Shown: positions 23,513 through 37,700 of the stretch, in pieces
Layout of the letters: every line of letters begins with the position of its first letter
How positions within the stretch are numbered: position 1 is the first letter of the stretch
Source: the human T2T-CHM13v2.0 reference genome, Homo sapiens
Direction: 5' to 3' (one strand)
NCBI RefSeq assembly: GCF_009914755.1
Contig: NC_060928.1
Length of the DNA stretch: 64,000 bases
Program-made: the position numbers and the translations under genes
The notes under the pieces: generated by a model
Told to the model about the DNA's origin: nothing
What the model saw: the letters and a program-made list of their open reading frames with translations, nothing else
Databases searched by the model: none

Positions 23513-25485
23513 AGCGGTAATTCAGGTCTTGTTGCTCTGTCAGAATCGCAAATTGCCCTAGAGGATGGCCAAGGACATCTCAAACCCCTCCAGCCACATG
23601 CTACTTCAGTGATCATGCACATCAGTAGTTTTCAACTATGGCTGAGCATTGGGACACTCATTGGGATCTTTTATGCTAAAGGATTCTAATAGGTGATCAG
23701 CAAAGTGAATAACCAAGCCCAGAGAAGCAACAGGGGAAAAGAATGCTGTGAGGAGTCTGTAAGCAAATGTGCAGTGGCAGAAATTTGCCTATGAAAGTCA
23801 AGGAGGAGGAGGGAAGCCAGCAAGAGTGGAGGAAAGATATTTATAAGGCAGTAACAACAGATGAAGTCACAGCCAGCTTGAAGCCAAGTTTTCTGCAGCC
23901 CTTAAATACAGGCAAATGTGTTCCCTCTCCATGTGACAAAAGGGTATCTTCATTTTTGTTCTTAAGCACCCGCTAAATCCCAAGCACAAACATTGTACTT
24001 CATCTTTTTAATCCTCACAAAATATTTATTTACTCTTGTAGTCAATATCTATTTAGTGCCTATTATGTGCCAGACACTGCTATGCAGAACCAAACAGACA
24101 TGCTCTCTCCTTAATTCTAATGGTAGAGATAAGTTTATATCAAATAAACAAATAGCTACAAAATTCATTAATTTAAAATTTTTAAAAATCAAATAAGCAA
24201 ATAAACAAACATGATTTTTTCCTAGCAGTAATAAGTGCTAAGAATAAGTTGAATGATAAAAGAGAGCTTTCCAGATTAAAACAGGCTTGATGATGTCTTT
24301 TAATGTTCTTTCTTCTTAAGTCAAAAATTCCCAGTTCCTTCCAAAGTTTCCATAATACTTTCTATGACCTTTACAAGGCACAGCGTTACCTAAAGAGAAT
24401 ATTTGATTGATGAAAGAATGTGCACTGTGGGCTCTGGTTTGAATCTTGACTTGAACTCACCAGCTGGGGGATTTTGAGAACATCGTCTGTTTCTTTACTG
24501 TAAAAATGAAAAGAGAAATCTTGTCCCTTAGATCTGATTCTCTGGATGAAATGTCAGGATGCAGATGCAGTTTCTACCACAGCTGTTGGCACATAGGGAG
24601 TGTTTAAAAACAGTCTCCTTTCCTTCACCCCCGCACCGTGTACACGTCATAGCCAAACACTTGAAATCACACATACGCACACACACCTGGCTGTCTGGAT
24701 GCTCAAGGATGGACTGTTATCTCTCATAAAAGACAACTACAAATGTTGAGAACACACAAAACAGCCCATTGATATCCATTTGGCAGCTACAAAAAATTTA
24801 AGTATGAGAACTTTCTGAGCAATAGATACTGAAATTACACCCTCAGGCAATTCCTTCTGCAAACTAAGTAATTTATGAACATGTGGGACCTGCTGCCCTG
24901 GTCCTAGAGAGATCGCTGGAACTATCAGGACTATGGTCAGAAGGACAGTGATTCACAGCTTTGCCCACCTTTAAGGATGGTCCCCAAAGGTTTGTTTTTC
25001 ATGGGGTGTAATAAAAATGTCCTCTAAAGTTACACAGATACACATTTGAGTCCAGGGCTCCTTGCGGTATTTCCTGCGTAACTAATAGGGTCTCAGGGGG
25101 ATGAGATCAGCTAATGAACACCCAAGCTGGTTTGTCTGTTTCTGTGAGGTGAGGTGGAACCCCTTCAAAAAATGAGAGACACGTGACCACAATGAGATAG
25201 GTATGTCTTTGGGGGCCCTGATCAAGACACTTTATGAAATGGTGTTCTTCTTCCTTTTACAAAGGAGTATTTCTCAGTTAATTATCATTTTTTAAGTTTT
25301 GACATACTGACACTTTTCAAAAGTGAGTTTAATGATGGTATGTTATCAATACTCTAATGGAGAATTGTACTGTAGTTTTGCATGATGCTACTATTGGGGA
25401 TAACTAGCTAAAGGACCCATGGAATGTCACTGTAACATTCTCAGAAATGCACGTGAATCTACAATGATCTCAAAAGAAGAAATTT

Positions 25486-25800
<315 letters not shown>

Positions 25801-26949
25801 TTAAAAATGTCACTTAGGCTATCCATCAAGCAGCCGCAATGTGAAGACCTTTTTTAGATCTTGATTCGAGTATACAAAGTGTAAAGGGGCATTTTTAAGT
25901 CAATCAGGAAAATATGGAATTAGGCGTTAGCTGATACAAGGGAATTATTTTTAATTTTGTTAGACATAATAACATCTCTATTATTATACCGCATGATGAT
26001 AACGTTTCTTGAAAATGCCCTTATCTGTTAGATACATATACTGAATTATTTATAGGTACAAAAGCATCATATCTAGAATTTAAATAACTCAAGAAAAAAG
26101 TGTGGGGAGAAAGAGATGAGACAGGATTTACAAATGCTGAAGCTGGACTATGGGTATATACGTGGTGAATAATTATGCTATTCTCTCTGTTGATATATAT
26201 ATATTTAAATTCTACGATCTTAAAAATTAAAAAAAAAAATGTCAGCTCAGGGTCAAGCACAAGGTACGACAAATTCAGCTAAAAACAGTAAGACCACGCA
26301 TGGCTGGGTGGTCATTGGTCAGCCACAGCCAACACAGAAGGAGCTGTTCCCAGTGTTTAATTTAAACACATAGAGTGATTCATTCAAATGAGAAATGTAA
26401 CTATCAAGAATCAGAAACTCATGAGTGTGGACATTTATGTAAGAAAAAAACAAAAAGCAAAAGGTGTCCAGCAGAGTGAATGGACTTGGCAGCCACTCTA
26501 ATGTTGGCAACCTACGATCTTGGGTGGTGCAGGATGTCACTGGATTGCAAATCCACCAGGGCAAGTGCCTGTCTGTTGTGCTTCTAATCACAGGCACTAG
26601 CATCATGCCTGGTCTGAGGCTAGTCCTCAAAAGTCAGCTATGGAATGAATGTATGAAAAGGGGCAGTTTCTGAAGTGCTCAGGAAGAACCAAAACTGGGA
26701 AAGAAAAGCTGAGGGCAAGTTCAGATGAAGAGAGGCCATCTCCAGCAGCCAGGTAGCATGAAGCAGGAGGGAAGCATTTTTCAGGAGAGCAAATGTGAGC
26801 TGGACCAACCCGCAGGAGTGAGGGCACTGGCCAGCATGCTCCCTCTTTCACTGCTTCTCCGATTTGGCTTACCGTCTATAAAATAAGGACAGTACTTGCT
26901 CCACAGTTTTCTTATGAGGATTAAACAGGTTATAACAATTTTACTATGT

Positions 26950-27180
26950 ATGATCCAGATTACTTGTCTTTAATTCCTATCTCTGTTCATTTTGACCCTG
27001 GGTAAGTCCCTTAACCTCCCCACACCCAGTTTCCTCATTTGTAAAATGTGGCGAATAAGAGCACCTACCCCAAGGACTGATGTAAGGTTAAAGACTTCAT
27101 GCGAATGGGTGTCATCATGCATGATGCTTAGGCAGCGCTCCACAAGTGGAAATATTACTGTTACATTATTATCATCATCA
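26950..27180 (+). mobile_element. MIR SINE
   Basis: tgaccctgggtaagtcccttaacctc...cagtttcctcatttgtaaaatg MIR core. Confidence 0.85.
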
Positions 27181-27660
27181 TTAGCACTGGACGAGCTTCC
27201 CAAAGGTTAACTCCTTTTTTTTTTCTCGCATTTCCCTTTCACTCAGGACAATTCAATGAGGTTTCTGCATCACAGAATGAGAAGTGAGCTTCAGAAGAAC
27301 AGAGGAACTCCACATAACAAGCTCAGTGGCACATAATAAGCTCTAAAACAAATAAGTGAACAAACCTCAGACTTATTATTTGTAATTGTTAGTGCTTCTA
27401 ACCCCCAATGCACTACTCTTCCCTTTATGTTATGCTCTGTATTTTCAGAAATTATTACAATTTGAAATACCACTTGCTGATGAGAGAACATCTGTGGTGT
27501 GTGCTTAGGTTTTCCTTCCAGACATCTGGCAGTATCCATGATTTTCAATATCCGAGTAGCCTAAGACAGTTCATTTTTGAACTCTAGTGCTCCTTGGAGG
27601 AAAACAAATGAATTTGCTTTTTTTTTTCGAACAGGCTTTGTTCCTAACTCACCAAAAGGA

Positions 27661-28420
27661 CAGCATATACACAGGCACACATGCGCACACACAGGCACAC
27701 ACGCACACGTTTATACATACGTGAACACAGGTGCATGCACACACATAGGCACACACACGTGTGTAAACAGGTCATGCACACACAAGGCACACACTCACAC
27801 ATGCATACGCACGTGAACACAGGCCCAGGCACACACACGTGTATACACAAGTGAACACAGGCACATGAACACACAACACATACACATGCATACACACGTG
27901 AACACAGGTGCAGGCACACACACGTGTGACACGTGAACACAGGCGCATGCACACACACGGGCACACACTCACGTTTATACACATGTGAACACAGGTGCAT
28001 GCACACAGGCACAGACGTGCACACACTCACATATTTATACACATTTGAACACAGGTGCATGCACACACACAGGTACACACTCACATATGCATACACACGT
28101 GAACACAGGTGCATGCACACACATGCACACATGTGCACACACTTGTACACACATGAACACAGGTGCACACACAGGCACACACATGCACACACTGGTACAC
28201 ATGTGAAAACAGGCAGATGCACAGAGGCATGTGCTCACACGTGCATACACACTTGAACACAGGCAATGAACCTACACAGACATACACTGACACGTGTGTG
28301 CACACGTGAACACAGGCACACACACTCATATGTGTGTACACATGTGAACATAGTTGCATGCACACACAGGCACACACTCACTTATGTGTGCACACATGAA
28401 CACAGGCACATGCACACGGT
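27661..28420. repeat. Degenerate CA-rich minisatellite, ~14-15 units of ~35-60 bp, core GTGAACACAGG(T/C)GCATGCACACAC
   Basis: tgaacacagg recurs with a ~50-bp period, separated by variable CA/TA/CG alternating tracts. Confidence 0.92.
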
Positions 28421-29989
28421 AGAAGAACAGCAGTGGAAGGGCTGGTGAGCCTGCTCGTTTGGCAAGCATACTCTATAGATGAAGTGAAAAGAAAGTAGTG
28501 GGAGGGCACATGAGCTGGCAGGAGGTCTCTTGTGAGCCGTTTCCTTTCTTCTCTAATAATAGGAATGCTGGCTTACAGGCAGTTTTACCCCCTGGGATGG
28601 CAAAGCCCTCTCTGTAGTTATTCTTAGAGATGCTGGTTATATTGGCCGAGGGAAGCTTGCTGATCGGAAAACACAGGGCTGAGAAACCTCTGGAAACTCG
28701 TTGCAGCTCGGATCTGAAGGTTGAGTGCTAAGAGTCCACAGAGATCAAGCTACATGCAATGATTGTGCTTGCAGGAAAGGCAGGGTACTGTGGAATTGGT
28801 GTCAGAGGATTCGAAATCAGCTTCTAACTAGCTCTCTGGGTTTGAACAAGCCACTCCCCACCTCTATCTTAACAGGAATTTTTAAACACCCGGTAGTAAG
28901 TCTTGAAAAGTGGTCAGCACAGTTCCTGGCACATAGCAAAGCCTAAATAAACACTGACGCCCATGATTGTAGACATGGTACTGTGCTAAGTGATTGAGCA
29001 GTGAACAGTCCTCCAGAGGAGCACACCGTTGAACATAGAAACAAGAGCAAGCACGACCATAGAGGCACATACAAGACACAAAGAACACATTCACAGAGAA
29101 GGATTTGGTCTTTCTCTGGGGGCAAGGGAGAGAGAGAAGTTTCCCAGGGGCAGTCATATTGAAGCTGAACTAAGGAAAATCAATGAGAGGTCAGAGACAT
29201 AGAGTAGGGCACTCCAGACAGGAGAAAGGGCCAGATCAAAGCCAGAGGTGCCTCTGGGGAGCTCCAATGAGGCAGTCTCTTGCCAGAGAGAGGGAGAGGG
29301 GTGGGAAATAATGTCATTGAAATAGTCATGACCAAGGCATGAACTCCAAGCTTCCTTCCATCCGTAACAATCTGTATGACTCTAAGACTCCCCACTTGCT
29401 TTTTCTATTGACTAAGTCATTAACAGGTCAGGCTTCATCATGATCTGGCAGAGCAGATGCTTACAATCTGGCTGCTGGGCCTCGAGAGCATGGCCTGGAG
29501 CTGGTGCCAATTTCTTCATCATCTTTAAAATCGGGAATGAATAGATTTCTGCCTTTTCCTCAGCTTGGGGTTGTTCTGCACGTGTGGAGGATGGGTAGGA
29601 AGTAATGCTGACCAATCGCCTGTCACAAGGCCCAAAGACCAGCCCCCTGACAACTGGAGCAACTTCATTTGGAAGGATACTCCTCTTCCTCGGTGTCTCC
29701 AGCCAGCATGCCTAGAATAGGTCACATGCTGGCTCTCTAACTCTTGGTTTCCTTTTTCTGATTGAACACCTGAGAACATCCCTTTCCCCCGAATTGGCTA
29801 ACTTCTGTTCATTTTCTAGATCTTTGTTTAAAATTTTGTTTTTAATTTTTTAAAAAACTATCAACATAGTAAGCATATAAAAAGTGTATATAATAATTAT
29901 GAATTATTTTTAAAGTAAAAGTGAACTTCTTTACACCCATGATGCAGCTAAAGGTATTTCTTGAAGTCATTGGCAGTAAGCCATGTGAT

Positions 29990-30972
29990 CATTGATTATA
30001 TTTGAACATTGTCCCAAGGGGCCTAGCCAGCATGGAAAGCAAGACCATAAAAATGAATGTGTAAAGGTTGGAAAGAGAGAAAACTCTTCTTACGCACACA
30101 TGATATTATTTTCTATGCAGAAAACCTTGAAAAATCAAAAGATAAAATTATTAGAATTAATAAGAGAGTTAGCAAGTTTGTAATTACAAAATAAATTTGC
30201 CAAAGTGAGTTGAGTTCCTTATCTAGTTTGAAGATGTAAAATATTAAAACCTAAAATGTGTAATATTCAAACAGATACATATATAACAACATAAACTACC
30301 TAGAAAAAAGTCCAACAAAGTTTATGCAAGTCCATTATGACAAAAATTCCAAAAATCTTTTGAAAGATAATAAAGACCTTACAGAATAGATAGAGAGACC
30401 AGACTCAATACTATAAAGATGTCAAGCTTCTCACCAAATTGAGCCATAAATCTAATGCAATTACAATGAAAATGTCAACAGGGTATTTCATGGAACTTGG
30501 CAAGCTAAAACCTAAAATATAATTGGAAATGCTAAGATCAATCATAGACAACATCCAGAAGAAAAAAGGATTAGGTGGACTTGCTTTTGCAGATACAAAT
30601 TGTTATAAAATTAGAGGATTTAAATACCAGTGATATTAGGCATTGGCAAATTGATAACAGTCAGAATACAGCACTCACAAATAGCTTGGGAAAATATGGA
30701 AATGTGATTTATAACAAAGCTGGTGTTGCAAATCAGTGTAGAATGAATAGACTTTTCAAAAAATGATGCTAGGACTCTGGGTTATCAATGGGGAGAGGAA
30801 AGAAATTGAATCACTACATCATTCTATACATAAAAATCATTCCAGGTGGATTAAAAAATTAAATATGAAAGAGAAAACTATAAAACTTTTAGAAGATATA
30901 GGAAAAATATGTTTAATCCTCTAGGGTGGGGAAGACTTCTTAAACAAGAAACAAAATGCACAAACGTAAAGG
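29990..30972 (+). mobile_element. Ancient L1 (L1ME/L1M-type) ORF2 fragment
   Basis: HMILF...KLLELIRELAS in ORF 29992-30183 and ataaaaatcattccaggtggattaaaaaattaaatatgaaa (YIKI-SRWIK-LN) L1 ORF2 motifs. Confidence 0.8.
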
Positions 30973-30979
30973 CAATGGC

Positions 30980-32005
30980 ACAGGTGACAAGGATTGTACC
31001 AGCGCTTTGCAACTTGCAAGTGACTTGGGTTCTGCCATGCCCCAGTCAAGCATGTGGGACCCAGGAGACAGGCCAGGGAAGAGGGCCTCTGGGGACTCAT
31101 AAACTTCATCCCATACACAATGACTGTGAAAGCTATTAATTTTGTGTTGTAAAACAATTAATTAAAATTTACAAATGATTAAATAGAGAAATAGATTGAC
31201 AGTTTGCACAGACATCAAAAGAGTGTATTTCCATCATGTAAGATTAGGAAGAACACTACATTCTCTTTGAGTCTACAAATATTTATACAAATTTAATTAA
31301 TAACACAAAAGACTAATGCAGATTAGATTTATATCAAAATTCCCATCTTTGGAAGCTTGACAAGCATTCACACTACTGGCTCACCTACTATGTATGTAAA
31401 CTTGTCAATTGCTTCATCAAAACTGATATTTGCATATTTATGTTCAGTTCTCAATACTGCCAGATTTGTCTATTTTTGGTCATTGTTGACACTTCACCTT
31501 CTATTAATTTTAATTTTGAAAATGATCGTTCATAGACAATAGATACATACAAATAGGAAAAGTCTTAAAGGTAAGGATACATTTGGCAGAAAATTATAAA
31601 TAATAAATTCTATAAGTTATAATATTTTCCATGTGTATTTTTTAAGATTAATTCCAATGGCTTTCAAGCGTTTCTGCAATGAAAAATTTTCCACTAAAAC
31701 ATCTTCACTTGACAATATTTTAAAAATTTTATTTTATTTGGTAAAGACTTCCAAAAATATGTTTCCTCTGCCAGTATCAGAGAAATGACTGAATGATAGA
31801 AGACATTGAGATTATTACATCCATTGCTTTAGAACAAGTGCTCAGGTCTTGGTGAAAATGATGGAGACATTCAAACTTTGTCCTTTAGATTTCTTCTGGC
31901 AAAAAAATCCAGCATCTTTTGTTATTTCTCCTGGTATTCTTTTTTGTATATAAATGTCTGTAATTTGCAATCATTTTTTATTCTGATTAACTTCATCTAT
32001 AGCTT
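30980..32005 (-). mobile_element. hAT-Tip100 DNA transposon fossil (Zaphod-like), transposase C-terminus
   Basis: Minus strand 31592-31398 reads, across frameshifts, LPNVSLPLRLFL...ERSFSKLKLI...STMT...NLAVL-TEHKYANISFDEAIDKF = hAT dimerization domain; upstream KRIPGEITKDAG. Confidence 0.8.
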
Positions 32006-32160
32006 TACACCAAAAGGAAAAAGTAACACAGGAAAAGTAATCCCATAGATCTATAAATTTTACTGCTTAAACATACAAATATATATTAAACCACAGGTAT
32101 TAGAGACATGAATTGCACCCAACACAAGCTTGAAGAATTTTAAACTTAGAAATTTACTTT

Positions 32161-32391
32161 CCAGCCAGGGCAACATGGAGAGAATTTGTCTCTACAAATA
32201 ATAATAATAAAAAAAAGTAGCCAGGCATGTTGGTATGTGTGCCTGCTGTCTCAGCTACTCTGGAGGCTGAGGTGGGAGGATTCCTTGAGCCCAGGAGGCC
32301 AAGGCTACAGTGAGCTGTGTTCCTGCTACTGCATTCCAGCCTGGGTGACAGAGGGAGAACCTGTCTCAAAAAAAAAAAAAAGAAAAAGAAA
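32161..32391 (+). mobile_element. 5'-truncated AluJ
   Basis: gaggctgaggtgggaggattccttgagcccaggagg J-type right arm with poly-A. Confidence 0.9.
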
Positions 32392-34499
32392 ATGATTTTA
32401 TTCTCTAAATAAGCACATGTAGTTGAGTTTGTGTGTATGAGAGTCCACTGTGCAAATGGGAATTCTCCAAATTAACTTCCGTGTAAAAATACTGTATTTA
32501 TCAAAGGACAGCTAATAAAAAATCCTAATATGAAACTTACATGCACATGATCAAAAACTGGAAGTAAACATAGCAATTGTTTAGAACTGAGAGCAACAGA
32601 AGGATTTTTCAGGAAGAGTATATATTTTATCACGAAGCTTGTGTAGAGTTGTTAGCATCTGGTGATACACAAAGCATATGGACTTCCAGTTGGTTTTATT
32701 ATTGTTTTAGAATTCTTTATAGACAATAAATCACTTTGTTTTCTGCACGTCGATCGACCACTCCCATTGCCCCACCCACGGATCACCACTGTGCATGACA
32801 TCAAACCAAACAGTCTTGAAGATGTACAGATGTTTATACATTTAACTTTCAGTTACTTAAAGTAGGTCACAAATCTTCCAATTAAACTATTGTTTTGGAA
32901 TTCTTCACTTTTTGGGAAGTTGAACTAAAGATCAGAATGTTAGCTTTAACACCTCAAATTTTCCCAAGGAGGAAAATGTTCAAAATCATGCATAGCATCC
33001 ATCATAAATCATTTTGAATTCAGACATAAAAGGAATATAAAGAGTATGAAGAAAAGAAACCAAGGGTTTTTGTTGTTGTTTTTAAAATGTATCCACAAAG
33101 ATCTTCCTCCTCCACTGGCTTCAGCAGATGGTTTCAGGTCTTCAGTTCAGCCCTGAGACTCCCTGGATTCCACTTTTGAAGAGTTGGCTTTGGTTCTCAC
33201 TCACTCTTCAGATTTCTCACTTTCATCTATGCTTTTGACCTCTCCATATTCCTTACTTTCCTCCAAACTCAGATAATGATTAAAACCATTTTCAAAATAT
33301 TTTCAGTCTGATTCAACTTTTAAGCTGTTTACATCTGAAGTGTCAGTCAGGGTATCTCAGCCATCCCTTTGGATGTTGACATTGTCTGAAGACATTTTTC
33401 CTTCACTGCCTCCAGTGTGACTCCCAGATGCCCCTAACAGGGTCTTAGCATTGTGGTTTATACTCTCATAGCTCTGTGCGCTTTCCCCTTCGTAACAGCT
33501 CCTTATGATATTTGTCCATCCTCTTCATCTAACTCTCAGTTTCCTGAAGCATCTCTGCATTGTTTCCTGTAATATCCCCAAAGCCTTTCCCAGGTGCACT
33601 GAAGATGCCCCTTCCTCTCTCTCCTTCTCTTTCCTCTCCCCCTCTTCTTTCTCCATCCTTTTGTTCTTTATTAATTCCTTCAATAAATATTTAATAAGGA
33701 CCGATGATATGTCCGGTCTATTTAAATAAGCAGCCAAAATATAGTTTCATTCGTGTTAAGATACGGCAATTAGAGGAGGACGTGGAAGGTATACTTAAGC
33801 CAGACTTGACATATTTAGGAAAGGACCCCCAAATAATTTAAAGGTGGACCACATCAATTATCTGCTTATTAATATTTTTTGACCTTTCTCGCTCCCTATG
33901 TCACTGCCCTCCCTCCGTTACACTTCCTAGAATCACCTCCCAAAGAAACCATCAGCACAAACCCCTTGTCTCAAGCTCCTCAAAAAAAGCTAAACAAGGA
34001 CACCAATGGGCCATCCTACCTGTCTTGCCCTTTCTCTCTGTAAGGCAATTTCCAGTTCAGATTCTGCTGCTAACCATCTCATCTACACCAAGTTTTTCAT
34101 ATTAAATTTCTGAAATGGAATCTTATTTTCCCAGAGCCTCTTTTCTAGACCAGGCTCTTCTTTCCATCACTGGAAGCCTATGGATTGGCTGTTTTGGGTA
34201 CGGCGAATACCCTCTTCCTACTTCAATCCACTGTGGTCAGCTGCACAGGCACAGAGGGCTGTGTTCAACAGAATGCATTGACAGAACACTAAGCTTAGAT
34301 GATTGCAGGCCCTCTAATTGAAACTCACATGCAGTAAGAATTGGATTCCTTCAATAGTGCTGTATAATAGATAGTGTTGTTGTCCCTATCATAGGGGGAA
34401 CAGACACTCAGTAGTCAAGTGACCAACTCAAGATCTCACACACATTAATGATGATGTCTGGACTTATACCCAGAATTTTCTAAGCCCAGAGTTATTTTC

Positions 34500-34832
34500 T
34501 TTTATCTTTTCTTTTTTTTTTTTGTTTTTTTTTTTTTTTGTTTTTTTTTTGAGACAAAGTCTCACTCTGTCACCCAGGCTGGAGTGCAGTGGTGCGATCT
34601 CAGCTTACTACCACCTCCACCTCCTGGGTTCAAGTAATTATCCTGCCTCAGTCTCCCAAGCAGCTGGGATTACAGGCACGCACCACCGTGACTGGCTAAT
34701 TTTTGTCTTTTTAGTAGAGACGGGGTTGCGCCATGTTGTCCAGGCTGGTCTCGAACTTCTGACCTCAGATGATCTGCCTGCCTCGGCCTCCCAAACTGCT
34801 GGGATTACAGGCATGAGCCACCACACCTGGCC
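34500..34832 (-). mobile_element. AluS inserted in a MIR relic (34340-34490)
   Basis: T-rich tail and reverse dimer; TSD gcccagagttattttc (34484-34499) / gcccagagttactttc (34834-34849). Confidence 0.95.
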
Positions 34833-35319
34833 TGCCCAGAGTTACTTTCATTACAACGTAGTGCTTCTTCAGTATGAGGTGTTGGGCCGAGTAGATTAGA
34901 TTCCGAGCCAATAAGCCTATTTTGATTTAATTATGATAGGCTAAAAAGTAAATTATTTTCTAAAATGAGCTCATGCTTGTTCCTCACATTTCTCATTTTG
35001 AGGGGATATCCATAAGACAAAAGTCAGAAGAGATAAACAATGAATTATACCTTTGCAGTAGAACCAGAAACTTGTGGGCTAAGCAGTGGGGTAGGGAATG
35101 GTTTGTCTAAAGGTCACAGAGTAGCAAGTAATTGGTGGCATATTTCGGATCTTAACAGGAGACATTATCCAGGTAGCTGGAATAGCCTGTACATGCCAGG
35201 TCTCTCTCACTCAGAGACTGCATCTTGCTACACCAATACAAAAGCTTGTAAGCAAAAACCTTGTCTGTAAGATTCCCTGTTGACCAAGTCTTTACTTCTG
35301 CTATGGGAAGCAATAGCCC

Positions 35320-35865
35320 TTCAAAAATATACACAGTATGAGGCAGGATATTAACTTTTACAAGCAAAGAGGGAATGTATTGCCTCAGCACAATAGAAGA
35401 TCCCAGTGGGGTAGATGAAACTTCAGCTCTGTCAAGAGCCAGGGTCGGATAATATCAACAAGACTCAGTTCCTCTATCCCTTAGCTCTGCCTTTGATTGG
35501 TAAGATTTTAATCTCTGCCAGATGAAAGTAGCCATTCAAGACCTTACCTCTCTTTTCCCAGGTTTCAAGATCAGAACAGGAGTTTATTTCCAAGGAGCCT
35601 CAGCACTAATTTTAGTGGATACCATTGACTCGGATGTGATGATTTGCCCATCTGTGAACCAACCACTGTGGCAAAAACAATAGGAGTGCCTGGTTGTTGT
35701 TCCCAATTCACTGGCTCAGGCATAGCATTAGCTTTCCCTAAAACACTCGAAAGGAGAGTAATAGGGAATCAGAACACCTAACAAAATCAAGGCCTTTTTA
35801 TCACAAGAAGTGGGAGCAGAGTCCTGGTAACAGAGCACACGCACACACATACCTGCAGCAAACAT
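35320..35865 (-). mobile_element. MLT1K-like MaLR LTR relic
   Basis: caagcaaagagggaatgtattg...tgcccatctgtgaaccaaccactgtggc...aaaatcaaggcctttt. Confidence 0.55.
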
Positions 35866-37249
35866 CCTCTATGCACCCTGTACTCTCCTCACAAAAATGC
35901 CGTGGTCCTAATACTCTAGGATATAGACATGTTAAGGAGTCTGTTGAACTTGAGCCATCTTCATTTAAAAATCATTAATGAAGTGACAGGGCTCACAGAT
36001 GGATGTACAAAAGCAAAAGATTCAACCAAATAAGGCAAATCTAGACTATTTTATTGCTTATCTTGCACATTCCTCCTCATCCTTCAACCCCAGCTTATTG
36101 GCCATCTCCTCTGGGAAGTATCCCCTCAACTGTCCTCTAGCCACTGTTCTTTCCTTTCCTAAGAGTGGTGATTTACTGTGCTTCAGTCTTCTGTTTTGTA
36201 CCCTTGTTCCTTGTCTTATTCATCTTTGCATCATCAGGCTTGCCCCAGGCCTGTCCCACATGAAGTCAACAGCACATGTTTACTGGGCAAATTGAATGAT
36301 GCACAATACCCAGCACCGTGCTGATGCATAAGTATTCAGCATGCTGAAAGTACTGAGCATGTATTTCCCTGGAATAAAAGCACCACTCATCCTGTTTTGG
36401 TGCAAATCTAATTGTGTTGACTCTATTTGATCTGTGATAATTCAATAGATGCATCAGAGCCGATCCTCGGACATCTTGTTTACCCAGTGCTATCTCTCAA
36501 GCTCCACAGCCCAAAAGAGCAGTTCTGAGAGGTCTTACTAAGGAGTGCATGGGCGGCAGCACATATTTTATTTTGATGTATTTTGGCTTCAAAGACCCAT
36601 TTGTGGCTGATTTCCCACTTCAGTGAGGTTGCTGATGAGTGTGTACAGGTTAATACTGAGCCCAAAATTTCTAATCTAACTTCACACATCCAGCAAAATA
36701 CTTAAAAAAACAAACAAAAAACAAAAACAAAAACACAGCCATTGCCTTCCCACAGACCCAGGGTGGCGTTCCCACGTTTCTACACATTAGCAACTGCACA
36801 CAGCACCTGTGCCCCTGGGATTGTCATATGTTATTCCCTAGTTCCAATTTATTTATCTGTGAAAGTGGAAAATAACTATACCTACATCATGGAGTATATG
36901 AAGAATTAAGAAAAACAGCATTCTTACAACCCTACCCTGTGCTCAGTGAAAGTTATCCTTTATTTCAATTCTTCGGCATTTATTTTGCCCTTGTTCTCTG
37001 TTAAGCGTTGCAGCGAAACAAAAGTAAGCAAGATACATATATTCATCCGTGAAAGAGCTTACAACCTGGAAGACAATATATCATAACAGAAATACACAGC
37101 TAAATGGATTGAGTAATTATTTAATTTTTTAAAAAAGGATTTAAAAATGAAGAAAACTACAGGTGATTTTTTCTTATGTTAAACTGAGAGCCAGACTTAT
37201 TTGCCTTTGGATGCTTTTACCTGACCTTCCTCGTTTATAGAATAAAAAC

Positions 37250-37700
37250 CAAGCTTCTGATCCTGCCACACATCTGCCCACTGTCTTGTCCCCGAGAGCC
37301 TCACCTGCTTCACTCTTAGGACACCCAGTCCTTGGTTTAACAGTGATACACTGACATTGTTGAGTCATGACTTTTCTCATGCTACTCCATTCCCCTCGAG
37401 CTCCCTCAGGCTCCTTTTCACCAGGTGAGAAACCCCCCTCATTTTCCCAGGCTCAGTGCAGGGACTGTATTCACAGTCCACTCCAATACCAGTAGCACAT
37501 CCTTCCCCTGTGCTCCCACAACACCTTGCATAGAATTAAGCCAGAACACTTGAATTTGTTGATATTTATTTACATGCTTATCTCTCCAACTAGATTACAA
37601 GATCTTCCGGAGCAGTGTCCGGGGCTCATTCATTCTCACATCTCTGGAGTCAAGCACAGCCTTGGCCCCTAGCTGGTGCCCAAAGGCACTTTTGTCTTGA
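37250..37700 (+). mobile_element. L2 LINE 3' relic
   Basis: atctctccaactagattacaagatcttc...ctcattcattctcacatctctggagtcaagcacag L2 3' pattern. Confidence 0.55.

Noticed and set aside
27661-28420. CRISPR-like repeat-spacer appearance
   Set aside because: Spacers are low-complexity CA variants of each other, repeats are degenerate, there are no cas genes and the context is primate DNA; it is a minisatellite
27644-28448. Cys/His-rich ORFs up to 192 aa
   Set aside because: Translation products of CA/TG repeats
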